Shown one piece after another: positions 13,936 to 28,461 of a stretch of DNA of 64,000 bases. The stretch covers positions 1,364,001 through 1,428,000 of the forward strand of contig OZ251238.1 of assembly GCA_965240325.2 (NCBI GenBank). The letters run 5' to 3'. A program made the translations under genes and the position numbers. This stretch comes from Rebecca billardiae RCC1528 (taxonomy: Eukaryota > Protista > Haptophyta). Positions within the stretch are counted from its first letter, which is position 1. Each line of letters opens with the position of its first letter. The notes beneath the pieces are model-generated. The model searched no databases. It was not told the DNA's origin and saw only the letters and a list, made by a program, of their open reading frames with translations.

Positions 13936-15264
13936 ATGGTGCACAACGCATCAGCAGTCGTGCTGCTGCTACTCGCAGGCGCGACGGTCACGACTTGTCA
14001 GCTGGGCCAGCGCCCTGGCTTGGCCCAGGCATCCCGACGCACTCCGTTGCTGCCGAAGTCGCGGACGAAGGGCAATTTGACGACGAGCACGTCTACTCGC
14101 ATGGGCGGCCGCCTGCGCGTTTGCATGTGCGCCCTGTACCTTTACGAGCACTATTCGCTCATTCATCACCTCGTTTACCACGAGATGGTGGGCGTGTCGT
14201 CAGCATGGGTGTATTTCGACGACCGGATGCTCGACGAGACGGGCACTCGGCGTGGTGCGGAACATTTCGCGCGCAAACTGCGCCGTCTGAGGCCGTTTGT
14301 GCGTGTACTCTGGTGGTCGAAGGAGAAGATCGCGAGGCAGCGCGACGTCTTGTCCCACTGCACGCGCGAGACAGCTCGACTACGTGACGTGGATTGGCTG
14401 ACCAACTTTGACGGTGACGAGTACCTCCATTTTGGCCCTCCTCAGCTCGCCCCGAAGCAGTCAAACTCTTCTACTAGTAGCACCATCGACAGCGCTATGT
14501 GGAGACCCTGGTCGACGCGCACGGTGCTTGCAGCAGTACCCTCGCACATCAGCGGCCTGATCATGCCGCGACTCTCCTTCACAAGTGTCACGCATCCAGG
14601 CGCGGAGCCAGAGCACGCAGTGCCACCTACTCAGCTCTTCGGCAACCGCTTCTTCGAGCCAGCTGCGTACACTGCAGTCCCGCGTACTGTTTCCGACGGG
14701 GGGATGCCCATGTCCGCGTGCTTTGGCAAGCCACTGATGCGTGTGGGGCATCGCGCTGGGCTGATCATGCGCAACCACTTTCTTCGCTTTGACAACGACC
14801 GCCAGAGTGGAGTGGGGTACTATTTTGCGCCGCTGACCAGCATGCTCGCGCTTGGGCACTGTGCTGGCATCGCAGGCTCTGGGCCTCGTAGACTGCCATC
14901 TGGCGTGTCACCGGCTCCTTCGGCAGAAGCTGCGCTGCGCAGCTACAGTGCACTGCAGCTGTACCACTACGTGACACGATCGGTGCAGGAGTGCAAACTG
15001 AAGGAGTACCACCAGGGACACGGCTTCAGTGCAGCAGGGTACTCTGAGAACGCCGCGCACAAGGGCCCAGCAGGCAGAAGTGGCCACCGAGCCCGGCGGC
15101 CTCTGCAGTGTGCGGTGCCTGCCAATGAGACCCACCGCGTGATCGGACTCGCTCTTGCCGCCAATCTCACCTTACACCTATGCGCGTGTTCGGGCTCAGC
15201 TCGGTTCGACGACGAGCAGCCTGCTACGTACTCCCTCCGAGGAGCACCATCTCACATCTGCTGA
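13936..15264 (+). CDS. Glycosyltransferase family 92 (DUF23)-like protein
   Basis: Signal anchor; VCMCALYLYE..LIHHLVYHEMVGVSSAWVYFDD; DxD motif WLTNFDGDEYL; C-terminal LYHYVTRSVQECKLK. Intronless. Confidence 0.75.
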   Translation: MVHNASAVVLLLLAGATVTTCQLGQRPGLAQASRRTPLLPKSRTKGNLTTSTSTRMGGRLRVCMCALYLYEHYSLIHHLVYHEMVGVSSAWVYFDDRMLDETGTRRGAEHFARKLRRLRPFVRVLWWSKEKIARQRDVLSHCTRETARLRDVDWLTNFDGDEYLHFGPPQLAPKQSNSSTSSTIDSAMWRPWSTRTVLAAVPSHISGLIMPRLSFTSVTHPGAEPEHAVPPTQLFGNRFFEPAAYTAVPRTVSDGGMPMSACFGKPLMRVGHRAGLIMRNHFLRFDNDRQSGVGYYFAPLTSMLALGHCAGIAGSGPRRLPSGVSPAPSAEAALRSYSALQLYHYVTRSVQECKLKEYHQGHGFSAAGYSENAAHKGPAGRSGHRARRPLQCAVPANETHRVIGLALAANLTLHLCACSGSARFDDEQPATYSLRGAPSHIC

Positions 15265-15547
15265 GACTGAGTCGGAGAATCTGCATGATGCCAGCATTGG
15301 ACACGCGTCGTTAATAATATATATTATATATGGTATATATATATGTATATACTATATATATATATATATAGCAGCAGAAATTCGTCATGCCCCGTCCACC
15401 GAGGAGCCTCACCTCATCAAAATCGTCATCAGTCTGTCACGCGGGAGTCGACCTCCGCCGTCAGCTCAGAATACCCTCTCCATTATGGACGGGCGCGCGC
15501 AAGAAGGCGGCGTCCAGCCAGCGGCCGCGGCCCGGGCGTGCGCCGGC

Positions 15548-16435
15548 TTAGAAGTACGGGAAGCCGTGGCCCGTCGCCACCGCCTGCGTCACCATGCCGC
15601 CGAACGCCACCATCGCGAGGCGGCCGTTCTGGATCTCCTTGAGCTGCATGCCCTGGGGGTCCTTCTCCATGAACTTAGTGCCAAAGCCAAAGTCCCCCGG
15701 CGCGCGCTCGGTCTCGCCCGAGAGCATCTGCATGACGGCGAAGAAGGAGACCGTCTCGAAGAGCGAGCAGAGCATCAGCAGCATCACCATCGAGCCGTTC
15801 GACACGGCGGCGTCGTGCGCCGCCACGCTGCTCAGGCCAGTCGGTGCGCCCGGCGCGGTGATGCCGAGGTCGACGGCAATGAAGCCCGACGCGGCGAGCA
15901 TAGCAAGGCGGCCGTGCTTCAGCTCGGCTTCGCGCATCCACTTGATGTTCGTGCGCCCTGCTCGACGCAAGCGGGCGGGCGGGCGTGGCGCGGGTGAGCG
16001 TCTCGACACGACGCTCGCGCACACGCGTGCGCGCGCGCTCTGCGCGCGAGCGGCCGCGAGCATGCGGAGCGCGCGCGCAGGCGCCGCACGGGTGTGCGCG
16101 TGGACCGCGCGGAGGCGGCACGCACCAAAGCCGAGGGGGTCGAAGCCCTTGTCGCCAACGTAGCCCGACAGGCCTGCGCGGTGGCAACGCCGTGCCGAGG
16201 TCGCGTGAGTGGGGCGCACAACCGCCGCGCCGCTGACCAGCCACGCGCGCGGAGAGCGCGCGCGTGTGCAGGCCGCGCGCGGTGCGCAGAGGCGAGGCAA
16301 CGCACCGACGGGCTCCTCAAGAAACGGGATGGCCTTAGACTTGGCCATCATGTTCACGCTGCTCGCGTGCGGCGCCGCGGCGCGCAGCGCCGGGCCGTTG
16401 AACGCGAGGGCGGCGGTGGTCGTGAGGGCGAGCAT
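15548..16435 (-). CDS. Light-harvesting complex protein (chlorophyll a/c-fucoxanthin antenna, Lhcr-like), 3 exons
   Basis: Bipartite presequence (…AALAF); SKAIPFL; GDKGFDPLG; WMREAELKHGRLAMLA; MQLKEIQNGRLAMVAFGG. Confidence 0.95.
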   Translation of the reverse strand: MLALTTTAALAFNGPALRAAAPHASSVNMMAKSKAIPFLEEPVGALPRLCAPRAACTRARSPRAWLVSGAAVVRPTHATSARRCHRAGLSGYVGDKGFDPLGFGACRLRAVHAHTRAAPARALRMLAAARAQSARARVCASVVSRRSPAPRPPARLRRAGRTNIKWMREAELKHGRLAMLAASGFIAVDLGITAPGAPTGLSSVAAHDAAVSNGSMVMLLMLCSLFETVSFFAVMQMLSGETERAPGDFGFGTKFMEKDPQGMQLKEIQNGRLAMVAFGGMVTQAVATGHGFPYF

Positions 16436-16726
16436 CCTGAGGCTGACGGGCGCGATTCCTGGCCGCGCTTGGCGGGAAGCAGTAGGCAGGTGCAATTTTG
16501 TTAATTTGACCGGACAATTGGCATCAGGTGGCGCAGTCCGGCGTCCCAGATCATAGGGAGCTCCACAGAAGCCGCTCATAGGTGGGTATTTCGAAGCGAC
16601 ACGCCTCGCCTAATAAGTAAGTAATCTCCTCGGGCAGCTCGGACCACTGCTGCTCCGACTCCCATCGGCGCGAGGACACGGCCGCGTCGCGCAGCGACCG
16701 GCGTGCCGCCGCTGAGCTGGCTCGGC

Positions 16727-18385
16727 TCAAACCGGCCCCAAGCAGCTCTGGCCGCGCCCCGCGCGCCCCACCGCCCTCGCCGACAGCCAGCCGCCGTCCG
16801 CCGCCGCCGCTGCGCGGTCCGCATCCGGACAGCCGCGCGGCACGACAGGGAGCTCGGCCGCCTCGACGAGCTCGCGGTGGCCCCTCGCCCACGCCGCGAA
16901 GCGCTGCATCTGGTACAGGCTGGGCGTGTCCTCCTGCATCGACTGCAGCCGGCCGGACCGAGGCCGCTGCTTGAGCAGATTGTCCTGCCAAATCTTGGCA
17001 ACCTCGGGCGGCACTGGCATGCACGGCGTGCCGCCGACCGAACGCTTGCCGTCCTTCGCCTGGCGGCACACGCGCGGGAGCGCGACGTGCGAGCGCGTCC
17101 ACGTCTGGTACGACGCCGGGCCCTCGGGCACCACCGGCGCCGCCTCGCCGCCGCCCCTCTCGCCCCGCTTCTCCCGCTTGCGCCGCTCCGTCAGCCACGC
17201 CATCCGCCTGAGCTGCGCGCCGTCGTGCGCCTCCGCCGCCTCGTTCAGCGCGCGCTTGAAAGCCTCGAGGGCGCGGAGGCGCTCGCGGAGGCGCGCGAGG
17301 CGCGGCTTGAGCGCGGGCTCGCCACCCAGCGCCTCCGCCACGCGCGCGCCGAACCCCGCGCCGAACCGCGCGTACAGCTCGTGGTCGTACGGCGCGACCG
17401 CTTGCACGAGCGCCGCGCACGCGGTGCGGTTGGCGCAGACGCTCGGGTGGTCGAGCGGCAGCGGCGGCTCGCCCGGCGGCAGGTAGCGGAACTTGGGCGT
17501 GTTGTGCGCGTAGCGCACGTCGGGGAGCCCCGTGCGCTGCTGCACGAGCAGCAGGTGCTCGTCGAACGCCTCCGTCGTGCCCACCACGTCGAGCTGCTCG
17601 AGCATGCGGAACAGTCGGTCCAGCTCCTTTGCGCCGAAAGTCTCGGTGCCGCGCTCGCACGGGCGCGCGGGCTCCTCGACGCACGAGGAGGCGCCGGCGT
17701 CGAGGAGGAGGCGCGACTGGAGGTTGGGCGTGCGCCGCGCCCAGTCCATGAAGTCGCGGCCCCAGCGCCCCTCGCCCGGACCGCGGCTGATCGGCTTCGA
17801 AGTGCATGCCATCTCCTTAGGCATATTCGCCGAGCGGTGCGCGCCGTGCGCGCGCGCGCGCTCGCACTCGAGGACGGCGAGCTGCCGGCCCATGATGGTC
17901 CAGCGGTAGTAGGAGAGGTAGAAGGAGAGCGGCTCACGCACGCGCGTGACCAGCGTCACCGTGCACCCGCGCTTCGCCGCCGCCTCGCGCACGGCCGCGA
18001 GCCGCGGCACGGACGGCTCGAAGTATTTAATTCGATAATGCGCCTCGATGCACATGCGGAAGAGGGTGGAGCCGTCGGGCGGGTTCGCCTCGAGGTACGC
18101 GAGGAAGCGCTCCCACATGTCCTCCGCCGCGCCGTACCCCCAGTACAGGCACGCGCCCGCGTGCATGTTGTGCAGGAAGATGTCGCGCATCGTCGTGCCG
18201 CCCGTCTTGTGGTTGTGCCGGTCGACGATGATCGAGCAGTTGGGCTGCGGCCGGCTGCTCTCGCCGACGTGGTTGGCGAGGCTCATCCGCCGGGGCTCGT
18301 CGCTCGCGCCGCGGAGGGCACGCCCCGCCGGCGCGCCCGCCACGCCCAGCGACGCCACCGCCGCCGCGAAGGCGAGCCAGCGCAT
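16727..18385 (-). CDS. Sulfotransferase, galactose-3-O-sulfotransferase-like
   Basis: Signal anchor; HNHKTGGTTMR (5'PSB); VTRVREPLSFYLSYY (3'PB); DVVGTTEAFDE; APYDHELY. Intronless. Confidence 0.75.
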   Translation of the reverse strand: MRWLAFAAAVASLGVAGAPAGRALRGASDEPRRMSLANHVGESSRPQPNCSIIVDRHNHKTGGTTMRDIFLHNMHAGACLYWGYGAAEDMWERFLAYLEANPPDGSTLFRMCIEAHYRIKYFEPSVPRLAAVREAAAKRGCTVTLVTRVREPLSFYLSYYRWTIMGRQLAVLECERARAHGAHRSANMPKEMACTSKPISRGPGEGRWGRDFMDWARRTPNLQSRLLLDAGASSCVEEPARPCERGTETFGAKELDRLFRMLEQLDVVGTTEAFDEHLLLVQQRTGLPDVRYAHNTPKFRYLPPGEPPLPLDHPSVCANRTACAALVQAVAPYDHELYARFGAGFGARVAEALGGEPALKPRLARLRERLRALEAFKRALNEAAEAHDGAQLRRMAWLTERRKREKRGERGGGEAAPVVPEGPASYQTWTRSHVALPRVCRQAKDGKRSVGGTPCMPVPPEVAKIWQDNLLKQRPRSGRLQSMQEDTPSLYQMQRFAAWARGHRELVEAAELPVVPRGCPDADRAAAAADGGWLSARAVGRAGRGQSCLGPV

Positions 18386-18597
18386 CGGCCGCGGGGCGTT
18401 GGCAGCGGGGCCGCCCGGGATGCACCGCGCAAGCGAGGCGCTCTCGCTGAGTCCGGGTCCGCAGTCTGGGCGGCCGCCCCACCGGACGCCTGCTCTCCTC
18501 AGTGGCTGCTTGCCCACTTGATCGCCAGGGCTGCCTGCCGTTGAAAGCCCCGCGCCACACCGGGGGGCGCCGAGGCAGGAGGCCCAGCAGCGCCGAG

Positions 18598-21500
18598 ATG
18601 AACCGGTACAAGGTCATCAAGGCGCTCGGCGACGGCACGTATGGCACCGTCTTCCGCGCCGTGAACCGCTCGACCGGCGAAGTGGTACGCGGCCGCTCTC
18701 GCGCGCGCGGCGCACGGTGGCGTCACAAACTGCCGCGCGGCCGCGCGACGAACGCGCGGCCGGCGGTGCTCACGCGCTCGGGGCTCACCCGCCGTGCGGC
18801 GCGCAGGTGGCGATCAAGAAGATGAAGAAGAAGTTTTACACCTGGGAGGAGTGCATGGAGCTGCGCGAAGTGCAGGTGCGCGGCGCGACCGCGGCGCGTT
18901 TGCGAGGCTGGACCGACCGCTCGCGCACGCGCGCGCTCAGCCGCGCTGCCGGCCGCGCCGCGCGCGCGCCCTCTCGCGCGTGCACGACGCCGCGCGGCGT
19001 GCTCCTGCTCGTCCGCGCAGTCGCTGCGCAAGCTCTCGCACCCCAACATCGTCAAGCTCAAGGAGGTGATCCGCGAATCGGACGAGCTGCATTTCGTTTT
19101 CGAATATCTGGACATGAATCTTTACCAGCTGTGTAAGGACCGCGACAAGCTGCTGCCCGAGGCGAAGGTGCGCGCGCGGCGGGGCAGGGCGGGGTGGGGG
19201 GCGCACGGCGCGCGCGCGCGCCAGTTGGCTGCGCCTGCTCGCGCCGTGGCCTGCGCGCGCAGCGGCGGCGCGCGGCGGCGGCGCGGGGCGCGGCCGTGAG
19301 CTCCGGGCGCGCGCCGGAGCGGTGTGCCGCCGCCGACGCCGCCCGCCGTCACCACGCGCCTGCCGCCCGGCCGTTCCCGCCGCCAGATCCGCAACTACGT
19401 GTACCAGATCCTCCAGGGCCTCGCGTACATGCACAAGCACGGATTCTTCCACCGCGACATGAAGCCCGGTACGCGCGGCTGCCGTGGCGCGCGGCTGCGG
19501 CACGCGCGGCGGGCTGCGGCGCGTGCGATTGCGGCGCGCGGCTGCGGCACGCGCGGCTGCGGTGGGCTGCAGCGCGCGGCGGGCTGCAGCGCGCCGCGCG
19601 CGAGCGACGAGCGGCCGGCCGCTGAGCGCTGCACGAGCGCGCGCGCGCGACGCGATCGACAACGTGCACGCGGCAGCTGCTGGCACGGCGCGGCCGCGCC
19701 GGCCGGCGCGGGCCGCGCGGCGTGGCGGCGTCTGGCCCCGCCCGCACGCACGCGAGCTGAGCGGCTGCCCCCATCCCCCCGTCCGCGCCCGTGCTCCCCG
19801 CGGGCGCCGCAGAGAACCTCCTCGTCACGCGCGAGACCGTCAAGGTGGCGGACTTTGGGCTCGCGCGCGAGATCCGATCTCGGCCGCCGTACACTGACTA
19901 TGTGTCGACGCGCTGGTACCGGGCGCCGGAGGTGCGCGCGCGGCAACACGCGCGGCGGGGGGCGGGGACGGTCGGGGCGGCCGCCGAAGGCACCCTGCCG
20001 CGCCGCGGCAACGGCCGCACGCACTGGGCGTGGTCCCGCCGCGCGCGCCCGAGTCCGTGACGCCCTCCGCCGCGCCGCGCCGCGCCGCGCCTGCTCGCCC
20101 ACTCGCCTGGCAGGTGCTGCTGCGCGCGCACCACTACTCGGCCCCGATCGACATGTGGGCGATGGGGACGATCATGGCGGAGCTGTTCACGCTGCGCCCG
20201 CTCTTCCCCGGCTCGTCCGAGGCGGACGAAATCTACAAGATCTGCAGCGTGCTCGGCACTCCGACCGCCTCGCAGTGGCCACAGGGGCTGCAGGTGCGGC
20301 CGCGGCGCGCCGCAGCGCCGCGCGGGATGCCGAGGCAGGGGCGCATCTCGTCCGAGCCGGCCGCTCTGCGCGCGCGCGCCGCTCTCAACCCGCCCAACGT
20401 CGCGCCTCGCCCGCCTCGCGCGCCACGCCGCGCAGCTCGCGCGCAACATGAACTTCAAGTTCCCGCAGTTCTCGCCGACGCCCCTCTCGGTGCTGATCCC
20501 GAACGCGTCGGCGGAGGCGCTGCAGCTGATGGGCGACATGATGAAGTACGACCCTGCGCGCCGGCCCTCGGCGATGCAGGCGCTGCAGTACCCGTTCTTT
20601 CAGGCGGGGGCGCAGGTGCCGCGCGGCGTGGACTCGGCGGGTGCCAACGCGCCCGGGCCCATGGCCGCTCCCGACGCGTCGTCGGCGATGCGGCCGAGCA
20701 CGCTCGAGCAGGGCGAGCGCAACCTGGGCGGCAGGCAGCTGCCTGTCGTGAAGGGCGCGAACGGCGGCGACGGGCTCGAGGCGTTCGCGCACGGCAAGGT
20801 CGGCCTGAAGGGGCTGTCGGCGCCGACGGCGGCGGGCGCGGGGCCTGGCGCGTTCCCGAGCCAGCAGTCTTCGCAGCAGTCCAGCGCGCACTCCGCCGTC
20901 GGCGGCTCGAGCGCGGCGGCGGGCTCGGGCGGCGGGTACGGCGGCGGCGGCCACGGCAGCACGGGCGGCTCGTTCGGAGCCGGGCACGGCGGCGGCGGCG
21001 GCGGCGGCGCGTTTGGCTCGTCACACCAGCACGCGCACTACCAGCCGTACGGCGGCGCGCAGCAGCAGGGCGGCGGCGGCGGCGGCTCGACGGTGGGCAG
21101 CCGACGCAACTCGATCACCAACGTCTCGTCCGCAGGCCTCGGCGGCGCGGGGGGCGCGGGCGGCACCGGCCACGGAACCTCCGGAGTCACCTCGGGCGGG
21201 GGCTCAAAGTACGTCCGCCAGGCGCGATACATGCCAGGCCCGGGCGCGGTGGGCCCGGGCGGCGGCGGCGGCGGCGGCGGTGGTGGGTACGGCGGCGGCG
21301 GCGGCGCGTTCGGCGGCGGCGCGTACGGCGGCGGCGGCGGTGGGTACGGCGGCGGCGGCGCGTATGGCCGCGCGCTCGGCGCCCAGCCGGGGCCGGGCGG
21401 TGCGGGCGGCGGCGCGGGCGCAGGCGGTGGCAACACATACCTCGGCAACAGGTGTGCGCGCGCGCACGTGCCACGTGCGCCGCTTGCGCGCCGCGCGCGC

Positions 21501-22143
21501 GCCGGCTGACACGCATTCGCCGTGCCCGCGCGCGCGCCCGCCGCAGGGGAGCCATCCTGGCTGGGGGCCTGGGCGGCGGTGGCATGGGCGGCGGCGGCGT
21601 GGGCGGCGCGGGCGCGGGCGCGCACGGCGGTGCTGGCGGCGTCGGCGGTGGCGCGCACGGCGGCGGCGGGCTCGGAGGCTATCGCCCGCTCGGCGGCGCG
21701 GGCAGCAACCCGCCCACGGGCGGCACGGGCCAGGCGAAGCCCGGCGCCACAGGCGCGGGCGCACCCAACCAGTACATGTGCGCGCGGCGCGCGGCAGCGC
21801 ACGGCAGCGCGCCGCGGGGCGCGCGCACCAGAGCGCGCCCCCATGGGGAGGGCCAGGGGTTGGCTCGAGAGCTGCCTGCGCGCCGACGCCCGCGCGCCGA
21901 CGCCCGCCGGCGCGCGGCTGGCACGAGCGCGTGTCACTCTGGCTGGAGGGTCGGGGGGCACTGCGTGCGCCAACAGCGGGGTCCATTCGTCCGCGCGGCG
22001 GTGGCGTTCCAACAGCCGCCACTCCCCGCGGGAGCGCGTGCGCGCCCCGCGCCCCGCGCTCACGCGCCCATCGATCCCGCCACCGCCCGCCTCCTGTGCG
22101 CGACCGTTGGCGCGCGTGCAGGTTCCAGCGGGGCAAGTACTGA
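18598..22143 (+). CDS. MAK: MAK/ICK-family (RCK) Ser/Thr kinase with Gly-rich tail, multi-exon
   Basis: [69 protein letters not shown] (TDY motif). Last spliced exon reads NQYM|FQRGKY* and ends at 22143. Confidence 0.92.
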
Positions 22144-22710
22144 CGAACTACCAATAAATAATAAGGTGAAAGGAATACGGGAAATGATGGTCCTTTGGGC
22201 GAGCACCCGCGGCCCGCTCGCGCGGCTCCTCGGACGGCGCGCCGCGCTGCGAGGGGCGGGCCCGCTGACCGCGCCGCCGCCCGGCTGGCTGGCAGCCCGG
22301 GCATTGGCCTGCCCGGTGGCTTGCGCTGCGGGGGCGCGGGCGCGCGGCCCGCGTCGACTGCCGGTCGGCCGCCCTGCCTGGCGACACCCCGCGCCGGCGC
22401 GGGCTGCGCAACGCTCGGCTGGCTGCTGCCTGCTGCACGGAGCTGAAGCCGCAGGCTGCACGCTGCATGGCTGAGCAGCTTAGAGAAGGCTCGCCGGCAC
22501 CAGCCACTAGCCAGGGCGCCGGACGCTCGCCGCCTCGCGGTGAGCCGCGGAATCGGGCGCCGGCCCCGCGGGGCGAGTCGACCGCTCCGGAGTCCGGGAC
22601 CGGGTCCGGCCGACGGCGAGTCCTCTCACTTCTGTCTTGCTGCAGTAGAGTGCAGTCGTAGTGCATATCGTCATCCATTCATCGCATCACTCTGACTCGT
22701 CAGCAGGCTC

Positions 22711-22730
22711 ATTATTATTATTATAATATA

Positions 22731-22766
<36 letters not shown>

Positions 22767-22786
22767 TGTATATATATATATATATG
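22711..22786. repeat. Compound microsatellite (ATT)n-(TA)n-(TATG)n-(TA)n
   Basis: Directly visible simple repeats. Confidence 0.9.
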
Positions 22787-23126
22787 TCTAGCCGTCCTCG
22801 TGAACGCCGACGCCAACTGCTGGCCGAAGGTGGATGTTGGTCGGTGCACGCGACGCGCCACCCGCGTGCGAGCCGCCGCCGCCGGCGACGCAGGGCCACG
22901 AGCCCGGCTGCAGCCATCTCGCGCGCCCGCGCCTGGCGAAGCAGCCAGGGGGCGCCGGAAACAGCAGATCTCCGCGGCGACAAACCCGGACAGACTGTTT
23001 GTCCGGGAGCAGCGCTTTGAGGCGATGGTCTGGTAGAGGGCGATGTGGCTGATGAGCGGCGCTGGCGCCCGGCGTTCTTGTCGTCCTCTTAGACAATCAG
23101 TTATTGTACCAATAACCCCACATATA

Positions 23127-26881
<3,755 letters not shown>

Positions 26882-27199
26882 GGTACGGACTACGGTCGTC
26901 GTAGCTGTGCTGATTTCCGAGCGAGTTTGAGTTTCCGATCCTGCGTCTGCGACGATGACTCTCATCAAATTCGCAGCCGGCGCGGAGTTGGAGCCCAGGT
27001 GGCTGCGAAGTGACACGGGGCCATGCCCCAAAATCGGCGTCGCGCGCGTCCGCCGCCGCCCCCGCCTCCGGAGTGCTGCCGCTGCGCAGCCTGTTCCGCG
27101 CGGGCCCCGAAGCGGCGGGCGCAGTAGCTAGCTCTCGTCCGGTGATGTACGGCTAGCAGTGGTCGATCGCACGCTCAAGGGGGCAGCCGGGTGCCGGCC

Positions 27200-28229
27200 T
27201 CAGCCGCGCGTGAGCAGCGCGATCACACCGGTCGCGCACGCCGCCGTGAGCAGCGACGAGACGAAGTTGACGCCCGAGTTGCTCAGCCACGCCCTGCCGC
27301 AGATGTGCTGCACGCCCGGCGCCGGGCAGTCGACAACGCACCGCCGGCGCGGGCAGTAACCGGAATACTGCAGGTGCGCGCCGAGGAGCGAGTCCGCGAG
27401 CGAGCCGAAGAGCCCGGCGGCGGGGCCGAGCGCAAGCGCGAGCCACTCCGCCGAGCCGCCGCCGCCGCCGCCGCCGCCGCCGCCCGACCCCGCGCTGGGC
27501 AGCAACAGCAGCCCAGCCGCAGCGTACGTCGCACCGATGGCTAGCCCGCCCGCGATGGAAGCGCCGAGGCCGAGGGGCGAGACGCCGCCGTTGGTGCCGG
27601 CGCGCACGGGGCGGCCGTCGGTGATCAGGCGCGGCTGGGTGCTGCTCAGCACGCCTGTGCGCGCCGCAACCCCCGCGCCGAGCGCGCGCGCGTGCGCGCG
27701 GGGCGGGGCGCTCTGGCTGAGGCGCACAGCGAGCCGCGCGACCGCGCGCACTCGCGCGGCGCGTGCGCGCACCGATCTCGGAGGCCCACGTGTCGGCATT
27801 GCAGCACGCGTAGTGCGCCACGTACGCCAGCTGAAGCAGCGAGCGCAGCCTCCCGGCGCCGTGCAGCTCGATCCGCTCCTCCGTCCGCGCGTCGGGCTCG
27901 GAGCGGCGGAGCCACACGACCGCGAGAGCGATGGCGGACGCGGTCGCTGCGTTCGAGAGGACCTGCACCCACGAGCGGTTGCCGCCGGGGCCGGCGTACT
28001 CGCGGCCCTCGATCTCCGCCTTGCGCTTCGCGCCGAGCCGCGTCACCTTCGAGCAGCCCAGGAAGAAGACGATGAGCGTCAGGCCGAACCGCACGGACGC
28101 GGAGAGCGCGAGCGTGCCGGTGAGAACGGCGCACACGGCGCCCGAGCGGTTGAGCGAGCCCTTGCGGTATGCGCGCGCGGCCATGAAGAGCGCCGTCGGC
28201 AGCGCGTACTTGACGAGCCGCAGCGTCAT
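27200..28229 (-). CDS. TMEM19: TMEM19/PGR-like DUF92 membrane protein (2 exons)
   Basis: AYRKGSLNRSGA, GNRSWVQVLSN, ACCNADTWASEIG|VLS, GTNGGVSPLG, GSLADSLLGAHLQYSG. Intron at 27772-27655. Confidence 0.9.
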
Positions 28230-28461
28230 CTGCGCGCCGCTGAGGTGGGGCCTAACCACGTGTTCTGCGCGCGCGTCCGCCGCTGCCGCCACTCCTGCGC
28301 TGTCGAGCAAGACGAGTCGTGATGCACTCCCACCGGTCTTCGATCGCCTTGTTCGCAGCGCCTGTTGAGCGCGACGACACTTCGTCCAAAGCAAGGGTGC
28401 TTCGTCGCGGACGTCTCACGTCCGTGCTCTTCGCCACGGCCGGCCGGCCCGACGGCTCGTG

